Notes under the pieces: generated by a model
Told to the model about the DNA's origin: nothing
What the model saw: only the letters and a program-made list of their open reading frames with translations
Databases searched by the model: none
Translations under genes and position numbers: made by a program
In this document: piece by piece, positions 22,863 to 33,144 of the stretch
Numbering within the stretch: the first letter of the stretch is position 1
How the letters are laid out: every line of letters begins with the position of its first letter
Source: Synechococcales cyanobacterium VAR_4_metabat_354
Lineage (GTDB): Bacteria > Cyanobacteriota > Cyanobacteriia > Cyanobacteriales > Chamaesiphonaceae
NCBI GenBank assembly: GCA_031414775.1
Contig: JANOQI010000026.1
Coordinates: 1 to 64,000, forward strand
DNA length: 64,000 nucleotides
Direction of reading: 5' to 3'

Positions 22863-23067
22863 AATTGAGCCAGGTGTAGAGACTAGCAATTATTTTACTG
22901 GGAGATTGACCAAAACTCTGATTTTAGCCTTGGCTATTGTCTTGAAGCATCTTAGCATTTAGGAAATCACCATTCTGTAAAGAGATTCTAGGAAAACTGG
23001 CATTCTAGAGAGCGAAAAGTGAAAATGGTACGAAGCCAAAGATATTCATATCGACGGAGTAGTTACC

Positions 23068-25623
23068 ATGCAGCCAATTCGCACTTTCAACGTCTCCCCA
23101 TCCTTACCATCACAGCTAGCGCCTCTCAAAAATCTAGCTTATAACCTTTACTGGGACTGGAATATTGAAATTAAAGATCTGTTCCGTCGCCTCGATCGAG
23201 ACCTGTGGGAAGCTACCCGTCACAACCCAGTAGCAATGATTGCCCGAGTCAGCCAAGTCCGCCTGCAAGAAGCCGCCAACGATGATGGCTTTTTGGCTCA
23301 TATGGAACGCGCCACCCACGCTCTCGAAAATTATTTAAATAGTCGGGATTGGTATAAAAAACATCATACTCTTGGCACCGAGAAACCCTGTTTTGCCTAT
23401 TTCTGTGCTGAATTTGGCCTAGTAGACTGCTTACCAATTTACTCTGGTGGTCTGGGCGTACTGGCTGGGGATCATTTAAAGTCGGCTAGTGATCTCGGTA
23501 TTCCTCTAGTCGGGGTCGGTTTACTGTACCAAGAAGGTTATTTTGCTCAGTATCTGAATGCCGATGGCTGGCAGCAAGAACGTTACCCGATGAATGATTT
23601 CTACAATATGCCTTTGCATCTAGAGAAGCAGGCTGATGGCAGCGAGTTGAGAATTGCCGTCGAATATCCGCAGCGGGTAGTCTATGCGCGGGTGTGGCGG
23701 GTGCAAGTCGGTACGGTGCCGTTGTATTTGTTAGATACCAATATTGAACCTAATAATACTTATGACCAAGATATCACTGATGAATTGTATGGCGGCGATC
23801 TAGATACGCGGATTCATCAAGAAATTATGTTGGGGATTGGGGGATTTCGGGCATTGCAGGCGCTCGGTTATCAGCCGTCGGTTTATCACCTGAACGAGGG
23901 TCACTCCGGGTTCTTAATTCTAGAACGGCTGCGGATGTTGATGCAGAAAGAAAAACTCAGCTTTGTGGAGGCGCGGCAGGTGGCGATGTCTACGCAGATT
24001 TTTACCACTCACACGCCGGTCAGTGCTGGTTTTGACCTGTTTCCACCGGATAAGACCATGTACTATGTTGGTCATTATGCCGATGCTTATAAACTTTCTC
24101 GGGAAGAGTTCTTGGGATTGGGTCGCGAGAATACTGGCGACTTAGCATCCCCCTTTAGCATGGCGGCCTTGGCGATGAAGAATGCTAGCTTTGTAAATGG
24201 GGTCGCTCAGCTTCATGGAGAAGTCTCACGGCAGATGTTTCAAAATATGTGGCCGGGGGTACCGCTGAATGAGGTGCCAATTACGGCGATTACTAATGGT
24301 GTCCATGCCCGTAGCTGTGTTGCTAAAAGCAATCAAGAATTGTTCGACAGGTATCTAGGCAATGATTGGGCAGAGAAACCAGCGGATGATCATCTCTGGG
24401 ATAAAGTCCGATCGATCCCTGATGAAGAACTGTGGCGTAATCACGAACATTGTCGTGCTGAATTGGTGGTCTTTGCTCGCGAGCGCATTATTAATCATCT
24501 AAATGAGCGTGGTGCAACTAGCGCCGAGATCCGCCATGTACAGGATTCTCTCGATCCAGGGGTGTTTACGATCGGCTTTGCCCGCCGCTTTGCTACCTAC
24601 AAACGCGCCACCTTGTTTTTGCGGAAGCTTGATCGGATCAAAAACATTTTGTTTGGTAACAAAGATCGGCGGGTGCAGTTTGTGATTGCCGGTAAAGCCC
24701 ACCCCAAGGATATTCCTGGCAAAGAACTAATTCGGGATATCGTGCACTTCACCCGCACGGCGGGAATGACTTCGGTGGTGTTTGTGCCAGACTATGACAT
24801 TTATGTTTCTCGCCTGATGGTGGCAGGCTGTGATATTTGGTTGAATACCCCCCGCCGACCGCGCGAAGCTTCTGGGACCAGTGGCATGAAAGCGGCGATG
24901 AATGGTTTGCCCAATGTCAGTATCCTCGATGGCTGGTGGGATGAGGCGGATGTCCGTACTGGCTGGCCGATCGGACATGGCGAAATGTATGAGGATGAAG
25001 ATTACCAAGATGAAGTAGAAGCCAATGCTTTCTACGATCTGTTGGAGCAAGAAGTAGTGCCGATGTTTTATGATCGCGACCAAGAGGGCATTCCCCGTCG
25101 CTGGGTAGCCAAAATGAAAGAGGCCATTCGCTTAAACGCCCCTCGATTTAATACAGCCCGAATGGTGCGCGATTATGCCGAACAGGGTTATTTCCCGACT
25201 CATCAACGCTCGCTGACCATGACCAGTGATGGTTACGAAAATGGCAAGGAAATGGCTCATTGGAAAGCCTACATGTTTGAAAATTGGTATGACATCAAGA
25301 TCAAAAAAGTGACGACAGATGCGCCAGTTGATATTAATGTTAACCAGTCGATCGATCTAAAGAGCCTGATCTATTTGGGGAATCTGCAACCCAGTGATGT
25401 CCGAGTGGAGGTCTATCAGGGTGCGATCAATAGTCACGGCCAAATTACTAATGCTGAAACGGCAGTGCTGACCAGCCAGGGTAAAACAGATCAAGAGGAA
25501 ACCATTTACACTGGCCAGATTATTTACCAGTCCAGCGGATTACAGGGCTTCTCGGTACGGATACTACCCAATCACCCTCATCTCAGTAATCATCATGAAT
25601 TAGGTCTGATTCACTGGGCTTAA
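23068..25623 (+). CDS. glgP: alpha-glucan (glycogen) phosphorylase
   Basis: YSGGLGVLAGD, ARRFATYKR, EASGTSGMK. Confidence 0.95.
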   Translation: MQPIRTFNVSPSLPSQLAPLKNLAYNLYWDWNIEIKDLFRRLDRDLWEATRHNPVAMIARVSQVRLQEAANDDGFLAHMERATHALENYLNSRDWYKKHHTLGTEKPCFAYFCAEFGLVDCLPIYSGGLGVLAGDHLKSASDLGIPLVGVGLLYQEGYFAQYLNADGWQQERYPMNDFYNMPLHLEKQADGSELRIAVEYPQRVVYARVWRVQVGTVPLYLLDTNIEPNNTYDQDITDELYGGDLDTRIHQEIMLGIGGFRALQALGYQPSVYHLNEGHSGFLILERLRMLMQKEKLSFVEARQVAMSTQIFTTHTPVSAGFDLFPPDKTMYYVGHYADAYKLSREEFLGLGRENTGDLASPFSMAALAMKNASFVNGVAQLHGEVSRQMFQNMWPGVPLNEVPITAITNGVHARSCVAKSNQELFDRYLGNDWAEKPADDHLWDKVRSIPDEELWRNHEHCRAELVVFARERIINHLNERGATSAEIRHVQDSLDPGVFTIGFARRFATYKRATLFLRKLDRIKNILFGNKDRRVQFVIAGKAHPKDIPGKELIRDIVHFTRTAGMTSVVFVPDYDIYVSRLMVAGCDIWLNTPRRPREASGTSGMKAAMNGLPNVSILDGWWDEADVRTGWPIGHGEMYEDEDYQDEVEANAFYDLLEQEVVPMFYDRDQEGIPRRWVAKMKEAIRLNAPRFNTARMVRDYAEQGYFPTHQRSLTMTSDGYENGKEMAHWKAYMFENWYDIKIKKVTTDAPVDINVNQSIDLKSLIYLGNLQPSDVRVEVYQGAINSHGQITNAETAVLTSQGKTDQEETIYTGQIIYQSSGLQGFSVRILPNHPHLSNHHELGLIHWA

Positions 25624-25770
25624 TATAAATGTAGTTATTGCCGAGTAGCAATCAATAGTCGGTAATGTATGTAATTACTGACTGTTGATGTTTGTAATTT
25701 ATGTGAAATGATTCAACCTAGCTGAAAGACCACTGTACTATGGGGTGGAAAATATTTCTAGAACTTCGTT

Positions 25771-26625
25771 ATGGCAGACTTGATCCAGCAATCATCCCTC
25801 GCAATTGGTGACTTGAGTTGGTACTATCGGCAACAAACTCCCGTTGGGGTCGAGAATCCCCCCACTGTCTTGTTTCTGCATGGAGTACCAACTACTAGCC
25901 TCAGTTGGACAGGCATGATTCCCAAGATAGCGCAGGCTGGATGGCGTGGCATTGCTCCCGATTGGATTGGCTTAGGTAGCTCTAGTACCCCAGACAAACG
26001 CGATTTTGCTTATACCCCAACCGCTTATTTAGATGCCTTAACAGCTTTCATCCAGAAGATGCCACTCGGTAAAGTCGCAATTGTAGCGCAGGGATTTTTG
26101 GGCACAGTGGGTATTCAATACGCCCTCAGAAACCCTGACAAGATCGATCGACTATCAATCGTCGGGGCCCCCATTACAGCTACCAATAAATTACCCTGGC
26201 CACTACAACAACTCAATCTACCGCTACTGGGTGAAGTCCTTTGCCAAGATCCACTGATGAGCGAAAAAATCATGGAAAAAGGCTGTAAGTTAGTAATTGA
26301 AGAAGAATATTTAGCGCAATATCGTCGCCCTTTCTTGAAAAGTTCCGATGCCGGATTTGCTTTGCTGGCAATTGTCCGCAATTTGCAAATAGCAGCAGTA
26401 ACGACAGAAATTAGCCAAGGTCTGACTACAGCACCTTTTCCGGTGCAGCTAATCTGGGGAGCCAATGATCCGTGGCTACCTGCCGAACAAACCCAATCTG
26501 CCGTCAAGTTGATTCCTAAAGGTGAATTAGCCATTCTTCCAGATGGTGCTCATTATCCGCAAGAGCACTGTTACCCACAATTGAGTGAGGTGCTGATTAA
26601 TTTCCTCAAGCGCACAGTTTTTTAA
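25771..26625 (+). CDS. alpha/beta hydrolase (haloalkane dehalogenase-like fold)
   Basis: FLHG, APDWIGLG, WGANDPW, H.PQE. Confidence 0.85.
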   Translation: MADLIQQSSLAIGDLSWYYRQQTPVGVENPPTVLFLHGVPTTSLSWTGMIPKIAQAGWRGIAPDWIGLGSSSTPDKRDFAYTPTAYLDALTAFIQKMPLGKVAIVAQGFLGTVGIQYALRNPDKIDRLSIVGAPITATNKLPWPLQQLNLPLLGEVLCQDPLMSEKIMEKGCKLVIEEEYLAQYRRPFLKSSDAGFALLAIVRNLQIAAVTTEISQGLTTAPFPVQLIWGANDPWLPAEQTQSAVKLIPKGELAILPDGAHYPQEHCYPQLSEVLINFLKRTVF

Positions 26626-26678
26626 TCACGACAATCAACAATTTGAGTCCAACAATTAGAAAAGCAATAATCAGAGCC

Positions 26679-27596
26679 ATGTTTCCTGTTATTTATGCTG
26701 ATGATTTTTTACTCCACCAGACTGGAGCTTTCCACCCCGAAAAACCGGAAAGATTAACGGCGATTAAATCTGTCTTAAATCAGGTAGTATGGGCTAAACA
26801 AATTGACTGGCGATTGCCTACTGCTATTACTGATCGATCGCCACTGCCTTGGATCGAAAAAATTCATGCGCCCCAATATATTCAAGCCGTCCAACGTCTT
26901 AGTCAACAAGGTGGTGGAGCCATTGATACCGACACTGTAGTCTCAGCTCAAACTTATGATGTGGCTATGCTAGCCGTCAATGCTTGGATTGATGGCGTGG
27001 AGATCGTGATGGCCAGTGGTGAACCAGCTTTTGTTTTGGCGCGGCCACCCGGACATCACGCTGAACCAACAGGCGGCATGGGTTTTTGTATTTTTAGCAA
27101 TGCAGCGATCGCGGCTACTTACGCTTTGGCGCATGGTGCGCAGCGGGTTGCGATATTAGATTGGGATGTCCATCATGGCAATGGTACCCAAGCGGTGGTG
27201 GAAAAAAATCCACAGCTAGCCTATTGTTCGCTGCATGAATTCCCCCAATATCCGGGCACCGGAAGAGATACTGAAACTGGTGTCCATCACAATATTTTAA
27301 ACTTACCGATGACGGCCGGGAGTTCGATCGTAGATTATCAGCCGCTGTTTGAAACAAAAGTTATGCCATTCCTGAGAAATTTTCAGCCAGATTTATTAAT
27401 CGTCAGTGCCGGATATGATGCTAACTCTGATGATCCGCTGGCCAGTATTTTGTTGCAACCAGCCGATTTTGGTATCTTCACAGACTATTGTTTGCAGCTA
27501 ACCCGCAAAATTGTTTTTGGTTTAGAGGGCGGTTATGATTTTGATTCCCTGGGAAAATCTGTAGTGGCCACGATCGATCGGGTATGCCTGGCCTGA
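26679..27596 (+). CDS. histone deacetylase family protein
   Basis: HPEKPERL, RPPGHH, DWDVHHGNG, LEGGY. Confidence 0.92.
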   Translation: MFPVIYADDFLLHQTGAFHPEKPERLTAIKSVLNQVVWAKQIDWRLPTAITDRSPLPWIEKIHAPQYIQAVQRLSQQGGGAIDTDTVVSAQTYDVAMLAVNAWIDGVEIVMASGEPAFVLARPPGHHAEPTGGMGFCIFSNAAIAATYALAHGAQRVAILDWDVHHGNGTQAVVEKNPQLAYCSLHEFPQYPGTGRDTETGVHHNILNLPMTAGSSIVDYQPLFETKVMPFLRNFQPDLLIVSAGYDANSDDPLASILLQPADFGIFTDYCLQLTRKIVFGLEGGYDFDSLGKSVVATIDRVCLA

Positions 27597-27611
27597 ACCA
27601 TTTGATCGCCA

Positions 27612-28811
27612 TTAGCTTGAATAATTCCTGCCCCGCCACTGTTTAGGCGCACTCTGTGCCGACAACCAGATCCGATACCAAGCTGCCGGGTCAGCTAAAG
27701 GCGACAGAAAAAACGACCAAGGTAGCCCCCCACCTGATGTTGATTCGTAGGTAGGAGCGATTGCTAGGAGCAGAGCAAACCGCATTACTACTAAACCCAG
27801 ATTTAAACTCAATAATCCCAGTATCTCGAAACTATGATTGCCAGTGAAATAACAACCCGAGGCTAGCAATAATAAGATAAGTGGTAAGCCTTGCATCGTC
27901 CCTAGTAACCACAAATCACCCCAGATCTGAGTCGGGCTACTGGCATCTTTTAGATCCAGTGATCGACCCCATTCTCGCCAAGTTTCGGCCATCCCCACAT
28001 ACATCCGCACCTTTAATACCTGGGAACCATCCCAAAAACCCACTTTGTAGCCAGCAGCAGCAATCTGCCGCGCCAAGGTTACATCATCACAAAAGGATCC
28101 AGCGGCTGCCGTGTAACCATCAACTGCCGTCAATACCGAGCGCCGACAGAGAAAGCACTGACCATTAGCCATCACGCGCTCAGGAGCATGATGTTGATCG
28201 CCAGCTGCCCCAAATCGATAGATCAAGGTCATCAACAATGCCGGTTGCAGCCACCATTCTCCGGGACTGACCAAGATAAACTTGGGAGACAGAGAGACCA
28301 GATCAAATTTCTCCGCTTCCGCTGCCTGTAACAACCCAGCAATCATCCCCCATTGAGGTTGAGTATCGGCATCAATGCCCAGCACCCAGCGACTGGCAGT
28401 GGAACTAGCCAAAAAGCCATTGTGCAAAGCCCAAGGGCGACCGACCCAGCCCGTTGGTAGTGGTGGGTCGTTAATTAATCTGATCCTTCGATCGCGCTCA
28501 GCGTAACTTTTTACTAAATCGGGCGTGCCATCTTGGGAGTTGCTATCGACAATAATCGCTTCCCGTAATTCATAGCTTTGTTGGCTCAAACCCTGCAAGC
28601 ATGGCTCCAGCCTGTCAACTTCGTTGAGGGTCGGGATCACCACGCTCACTGCTCCGAGTAAATCGGGCGTGGAAACCTGCGGCTGAATCGGTGGCCGCCG
28701 AAAAGGACCACGGAGCAGACGGGACAGGAGGATTAAGAATGCTGGGATTTGGCCAGCGAGAATTAATAGGGCAATAATATTTTGAACAATGTTGAGACTG
28801 GAGTTAATCAA
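27612..28811 (-). CDS. cruG: GT2 glycosyltransferase, CruG-like (myxoxanthophyll 2'-O-glycosyltransferase)
   Basis: VVIPTLNE, GWVGRPWAL, DADT, FCDDVTLAR, EWGRSLDLKD. Confidence 0.72.
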   Translation of the reverse strand: MINSSLNIVQNIIALLILAGQIPAFLILLSRLLRGPFRRPPIQPQVSTPDLLGAVSVVIPTLNEVDRLEPCLQGLSQQSYELREAIIVDSNSQDGTPDLVKSYAERDRRIRLINDPPLPTGWVGRPWALHNGFLASSTASRWVLGIDADTQPQWGMIAGLLQAAEAEKFDLVSLSPKFILVSPGEWWLQPALLMTLIYRFGAAGDQHHAPERVMANGQCFLCRRSVLTAVDGYTAAAGSFCDDVTLARQIAAAGYKVGFWDGSQVLKVRMYVGMAETWREWGRSLDLKDASSPTQIWGDLWLLGTMQGLPLILLLLASGCYFTGNHSFEILGLLSLNLGLVVMRFALLLAIAPTYESTSGGGLPWSFFLSPLADPAAWYRIWLSAQSAPKQWRGRNYSS

Positions 28812-28895
28812 TTACTGTTTACCGCTGGATCGAGTTCTGGTGCAAGTCCTCAATATTAGGGCATTCGAGTCAAATCAGCGGAAGTTTTGGCTATT

Positions 28896-29105
28896 TTAGG
28901 CAACTGCACCTAAAGGCAAGAAGTCGTCGGATACTAACTGATCTGGAACTAGTTTTAGCTCAGTCATTAATGACTCTCCGCCCAACTGGTGTCTAATTTC
29001 TACAACCGTCCATACTTCTTCCCATTGTTGAGCTATGACCATTTGCATTCGATCAATCTGCTCTGGAGAAGAACCGGCTCTGTGCTTTGATTGTAATTGG
29101 GTCAT
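28896..29105 (-). CDS. small hypothetical protein (69 aa, QWEEV motif)
   Basis: GAGGTG RBS before the ATG; similar to ORF 43123-43314. Confidence 0.65.
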   Translation of the reverse strand: MTQLQSKHRAGSSPEQIDRMQMVIAQQWEEVWTVVEIRHQLGGESLMTELKLVPDQLVSDDFLPLGAVA

Positions 29106-29138
29106 TAGTATGCACCTCTTTAAAGTTTTCAATTTGGC

Positions 29139-29315
29139 TCAACGCCACTCTGGTGAAAATCGTGTCGATCGCGCCGCCCACATACTGGCCGATTTAGAAA
29201 TTTCCATGGGAGAGCAAGCAATGGTCTCGTCATTTTTGCTCTGATCAATAACATTCACTTCCTGTGCATCGGTGTAATGCTGCTGAGTATGGAGCATATA
29301 GTTTGGGACTGCCAT
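29139..29315 (-). CDS. small hypothetical protein (58 aa)
   Basis: ATG ORF co-oriented between hsp20 and the QWEEV ORF. Confidence 0.4.
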   Translation of the reverse strand: MAVPNYMLHTQQHYTDAQEVNVIDQSKNDETIACSPMEISKSASMWAARSTRFSPEWR

Positions 29316-29392
29316 AATTTTGGTGATTAGTTTTCTGGTGATTAGATTAATAACTTGATCCGCATGTAGTTGATGTGTAGTTGAAATTATTA

Positions 29393-29896
29393 CTACAATA
29401 TCAAGCACTCATTGGCGGCAGACTCGGTGTGAATTGTCTTAACCAGAACCCTGACTACGTTAAGTGCGCTGGGTATTGCTTTCGGCATGGTCAAAGTCAA
29501 CAAACCATTCACTATTTCAGCATTTACTTTTTCTTGCTGAATTGCCGATGGCAAAGGCACTATGCGGGAGAACTTACCATAATGGAATTCCGATCGCATC
29601 ACACTCTGATCGCTAGTTACAGGCATCTCTTCATATTCACCAGTTAGAAAAACTGTATCATCGCTAATCTGAATATCTAGACTTTCTGGAGCTAATCCGG
29701 GTACTTGAGCCTGGAGGATCAGCTCTGTTTTGGTTGCTCGTAGCTCGATCGCTGGCATCCAAGGGGTCTCTCTCATCTTAGAAAACATTCCCAGCCCTGG
29801 TTCTTCGCGCACAGTGTCATCGAATACACGATCAATTAGATAATCTAAACCATTTAGACTTTCGGTGGATTGCCATTGAGTTGGTAACATAAGCAT
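29393..29896 (-). CDS. Hsp20/alpha-crystallin small heat-shock protein
   Basis: PAIEL, VPGL, SEFHYGKFSR..LP, NGLLTLTMPK. Confidence 0.92.
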   Translation of the reverse strand: MLMLPTQWQSTESLNGLDYLIDRVFDDTVREEPGLGMFSKMRETPWMPAIELRATKTELILQAQVPGLAPESLDIQISDDTVFLTGEYEEMPVTSDQSVMRSEFHYGKFSRIVPLPSAIQQEKVNAEIVNGLLTLTMPKAIPSALNVVRVLVKTIHTESAANECLIL

Positions 29897-30099
29897 ACTC
29901 TTCTAAATTTGTGGTTGATGATCGCTAAAATTTCGTAATCAGCTTAATTCTCCCCACCCATTTGCAGAGTAGATCAAGAAGTTGAGGAACTTGTGAGGAA
30001 GCCTCTAAAATTAATAACCAATGCTAGTTGTTGATTTTAAATCACCAGTTTGGTGAGGTAATATGTCACAATCCTATAGACTTGTTAAAAAAATTGGCT

Positions 30100-32238
30100 A
30101 TGCTCGATATCCCTCAGCTACTGGCGATCGAACTCTCCCTCACTCCCCATCAGGTGCAAGCCGCCCTCGAACTGTTTGCCGAAGGTGCCACGGTGCCCTT
30201 CATTGCCCGCTACCGGAAAGAACGTACTGGCCTGATGGATGAAATTCAACTGCGGAATTTGAATGATCGCTTTGCCTACCTCACCGAGCTAGCCGATCGA
30301 CAACAGGTAATTTTGGATTCGATCGCATCCCAGGGTAAGCTCACCGACGAGCTACGCCGTAAAATTACTGATTGCTTACAAAAAAATGTCCTAGAAGATT
30401 TGTATTTGCCCTATAAACCCAAGCGGCGAACTAAGGCCACCATTGCTAAAGAAAAAGGCTTAGGTGCACTAGCTGATTGGATCAAAAATCTTAACCACAA
30501 GTCGGCACCGCCTCAAGAGCTAGAACCCGCCGCTGCTAAATATCTCAATGCCGAAGTCCTCACCATCGCAGCAGCCCTGCAAGGTGCCGCTGACATTTTG
30601 GCAGAAGAAGTGGCTGATACTGCCGAGATTCGGGCTTATCTGCGGGAGTGGTTGCTAGATACCGGGGTTTTTACTTCCAAAATCAAAAAAGACTACCCGG
30701 CAGGTAGCACCAAGTTTGAAATGTATCGTAGTTACAGTAATAAAGTAAAAGCAATCGCTCCTCATAATTTGTTGGCACTTTGTCGGGGTGAAGAATCCGG
30801 TATTGTCGAAGTTAGCCTGAACTTTGATGAAGATACCGTGCAGGGCTACTTAGTCAGTCAAGTAATTAAAACCAAACATCAGCCAGTGCGAAATTTCTAT
30901 CGGCCGATGCTCCAAGATGCTTTCAGTCGGCTGCTGAAAAATTCGCTAATTACCGAAGTTCGATCGATCAAAAAACAAGCTGCCGATCTGGAATCGATCA
31001 AAACCTTTGAGGTTAATTTAAAAGAGCTATTGTTATCGGCTCCCGCTGGCATGAAACCAACCTGTGCGATCGATCCGGGTTTCCGCACTGGTTGCAAGGT
31101 AGCGATTTTGGATCACACTGGCCAGTTTTTGGAATATCAAGCAATCTTTCCTCACACTGGCAAAGCCGACCAAGCTCAAGCGATTTTGAAAAAACTCCTA
31201 GAGAAATATCAGGTGCAGCTAATTGCGATCGGTAATGGTACAGCTGGCCGTGAAACTGATGACTTTGTGACGATCGTATTAAAAACGATTGATCGACCGA
31301 TCATCAAGGTTATGGTTAATGAATCGGGTGCTTCGATTTACTCGGCTAGCGACGTGGCGATCTCCGAATTCCCTGATCTAGATATCACCGTGCGCGGCGC
31401 AATTAGCATTGGTCGCCGCCTCCAAGACCCCTTAGCCGAACTGGTGAAAATCGATCCGAAGTCGATCGGGGTGGGGCAATATCAACACGATGTCGATCAA
31501 AAACTCCTAAAAAAACAGCTCTCGGCTACCGTAGAAAGCTGTGTAAACTATGTGGGTGTTGATCTTAATACTGCTTCCAAAGAGCTATTAACTTCGGTAT
31601 CCGGTATCACCGCGACTATTGCCAATAATATAGTGGCTTATCGGAATGAGCATGGTGCTTTCGTTGATCGCAAAACTTTGTTGAAAGTCCCTAAACTGGG
31701 CCCAAAAGCCTACGAGCAAGCCGCTGGTTTTTTGCGAATCCGGGCGGGTAAAAATCCCTTAGATAATACGGCGGTTCATCCCGAGCGCTATGGATTGGTG
31801 GAATCGATCGCCAAAGCTTCTCAAGTACCGCTCGCAGAGACGGCACAGATCGCGGCTCAACTAAAGAGCAATCTTAAAAACTACATTACTAATGCCATTG
31901 GCGAACCAACGCTGCGCGACATCATTGCCGAACTAGAAAAACCCGGCCGCGATCCCCGTGCTGAGTTCCGCTATGCCACTTTCCAGGCTGATATTAAAGA
32001 AATGTCCGATCTCCAAGTGGGAATGGAGCTAGAGGGAGTCGTGACCAACGTGGCTAATTTTGGGGCTTTTGTGGATATTGGGGTGCATCAGGATGGCTTG
32101 GTGCATGTATCACAGTTAGCCGATCGATATGTCAGCGATCCCAAAGAAATTGTAAAAGTGGGGCAAGTTGTAAAAGTCAAAATATTGGAGATCAACACTA
32201 GTTTGAAACGAATTGCTCTAACCATGCGGGGGGCATAG
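30100..32238 (+). CDS. tex: Tex transcription accessory protein
   Basis: GATVPFIARYRKE, DPGFRTGCK, C-terminal S1 domain. Confidence 0.95.
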   Translation: MLDIPQLLAIELSLTPHQVQAALELFAEGATVPFIARYRKERTGLMDEIQLRNLNDRFAYLTELADRQQVILDSIASQGKLTDELRRKITDCLQKNVLEDLYLPYKPKRRTKATIAKEKGLGALADWIKNLNHKSAPPQELEPAAAKYLNAEVLTIAAALQGAADILAEEVADTAEIRAYLREWLLDTGVFTSKIKKDYPAGSTKFEMYRSYSNKVKAIAPHNLLALCRGEESGIVEVSLNFDEDTVQGYLVSQVIKTKHQPVRNFYRPMLQDAFSRLLKNSLITEVRSIKKQAADLESIKTFEVNLKELLLSAPAGMKPTCAIDPGFRTGCKVAILDHTGQFLEYQAIFPHTGKADQAQAILKKLLEKYQVQLIAIGNGTAGRETDDFVTIVLKTIDRPIIKVMVNESGASIYSASDVAISEFPDLDITVRGAISIGRRLQDPLAELVKIDPKSIGVGQYQHDVDQKLLKKQLSATVESCVNYVGVDLNTASKELLTSVSGITATIANNIVAYRNEHGAFVDRKTLLKVPKLGPKAYEQAAGFLRIRAGKNPLDNTAVHPERYGLVESIAKASQVPLAETAQIAAQLKSNLKNYITNAIGEPTLRDIIAELEKPGRDPRAEFRYATFQADIKEMSDLQVGMELEGVVTNVANFGAFVDIGVHQDGLVHVSQLADRYVSDPKEIVKVGQVVKVKILEINTSLKRIALTMRGA

Positions 32239-32359
32239 CCAACAGCCATTGGTCAAAGATAATTGAGGCTCGGTCGCAAAAATCTTTGTAAGGTGCAAGT
32301 ATCAGAAGAATCGCCGTGTAAACGATAATATACAGACTCTCCTTGCAAAAGCGGGTCAT

Positions 32360-32577
32360 TTAGCAAAATCAATCCGCTGGCCATTGCCAACGCTGGATTC
32401 TTGAAAACTATGGAAAAGGTTGCTCCCCCGCTGGGCACCGCCCTGAGTAACATGGCCATTTAAAACTGAACTTTTATTTTCCAGTGTCGTATCCACCTTT
32501 ACTTATGCAATGGCATTGCAGACGTTGCAAGCGATCGAAGTTCCAAAAACAGTTAGGGAGAGAGCAATACTTTTCAT
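32360..32577 (-). pseudogene. degraded N-terminus of a filamentous-haemagglutinin/TPS-domain protein
   Basis: Frameshifted pieces ..CNAIA*VKVDTTLENKSSV and QGGAQRGSNLFHSFQESSVGNGQRIDF (NLFHSF motif). Confidence 0.65.
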
Positions 32578-32726
32578 ATGGACAATAGGACAACTGAAAT
32601 TCTAGTAAAGTAAAGTACATTATGCCCGACCAGTTTTTAATATCACCGATACCCCCTAAATCTTTCCAGGAAAACTATAGCTGGCTACTACTGCATCACC
32701 CAAAATTTTCGCGATGATAAATACTA

Positions 32727-33040
32727 TCGATCGAACTTCAAATATTCCAGTTGATGGACTTGTTGTTTACGGCGGTGGCTGAAGGCGATGGCCTGTTCGG
32801 GATCTAAACCTGATTTGATCCCGATTTCGATTTCTGGAATTTGGGAGCGTTTGAGTGCCCAAAATTCTGCTTTGCTGAGGGTGGTGATTTTTTGGTCTGG
32901 GGTTTGAGTTTGCTGGAGACAGAGTAGATAGACTTGATAGTAGCGCTAGGAGGCATCCATGATGGGGCCGTCGAAGTCGGTGATGATGCGGAGCATTCTA
33001 GCTAGGTTGATTGTGGGAGGTCGCTGCTTATTTTAGCAGG
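32727..33040 (-). pseudogene. truncated copy of the HAD hydrolase gene at 56708 (upstream region + first 90 codons, stop at codon 17)
   Basis: Colinear with 56664-56977; about 30 mismatches in 270 coding nt by hand count; GAG>TAG at 32946-32948. Confidence 0.92.
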
Positions 33041-33144
33041 GCAGAGTTCTAATCACTAAGTCTAATGTTTTGAAATCGACCCTTACGTAGGGGAGGCTGG
33101 GGTCAGAACCCCTGGTGAGTAATTAGTCAAATAATTAACTTAAA

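Noticed and set aside
32253..32459. 68-aa ORF as a real protein
   Set aside because: It is an alternate frame over the FHA-like pseudogene
33085..33118. REP-like GTAGGGG..GGGGTCAGAACCCC hairpin
   Set aside because: Single weak copy with no associated transposase in the window
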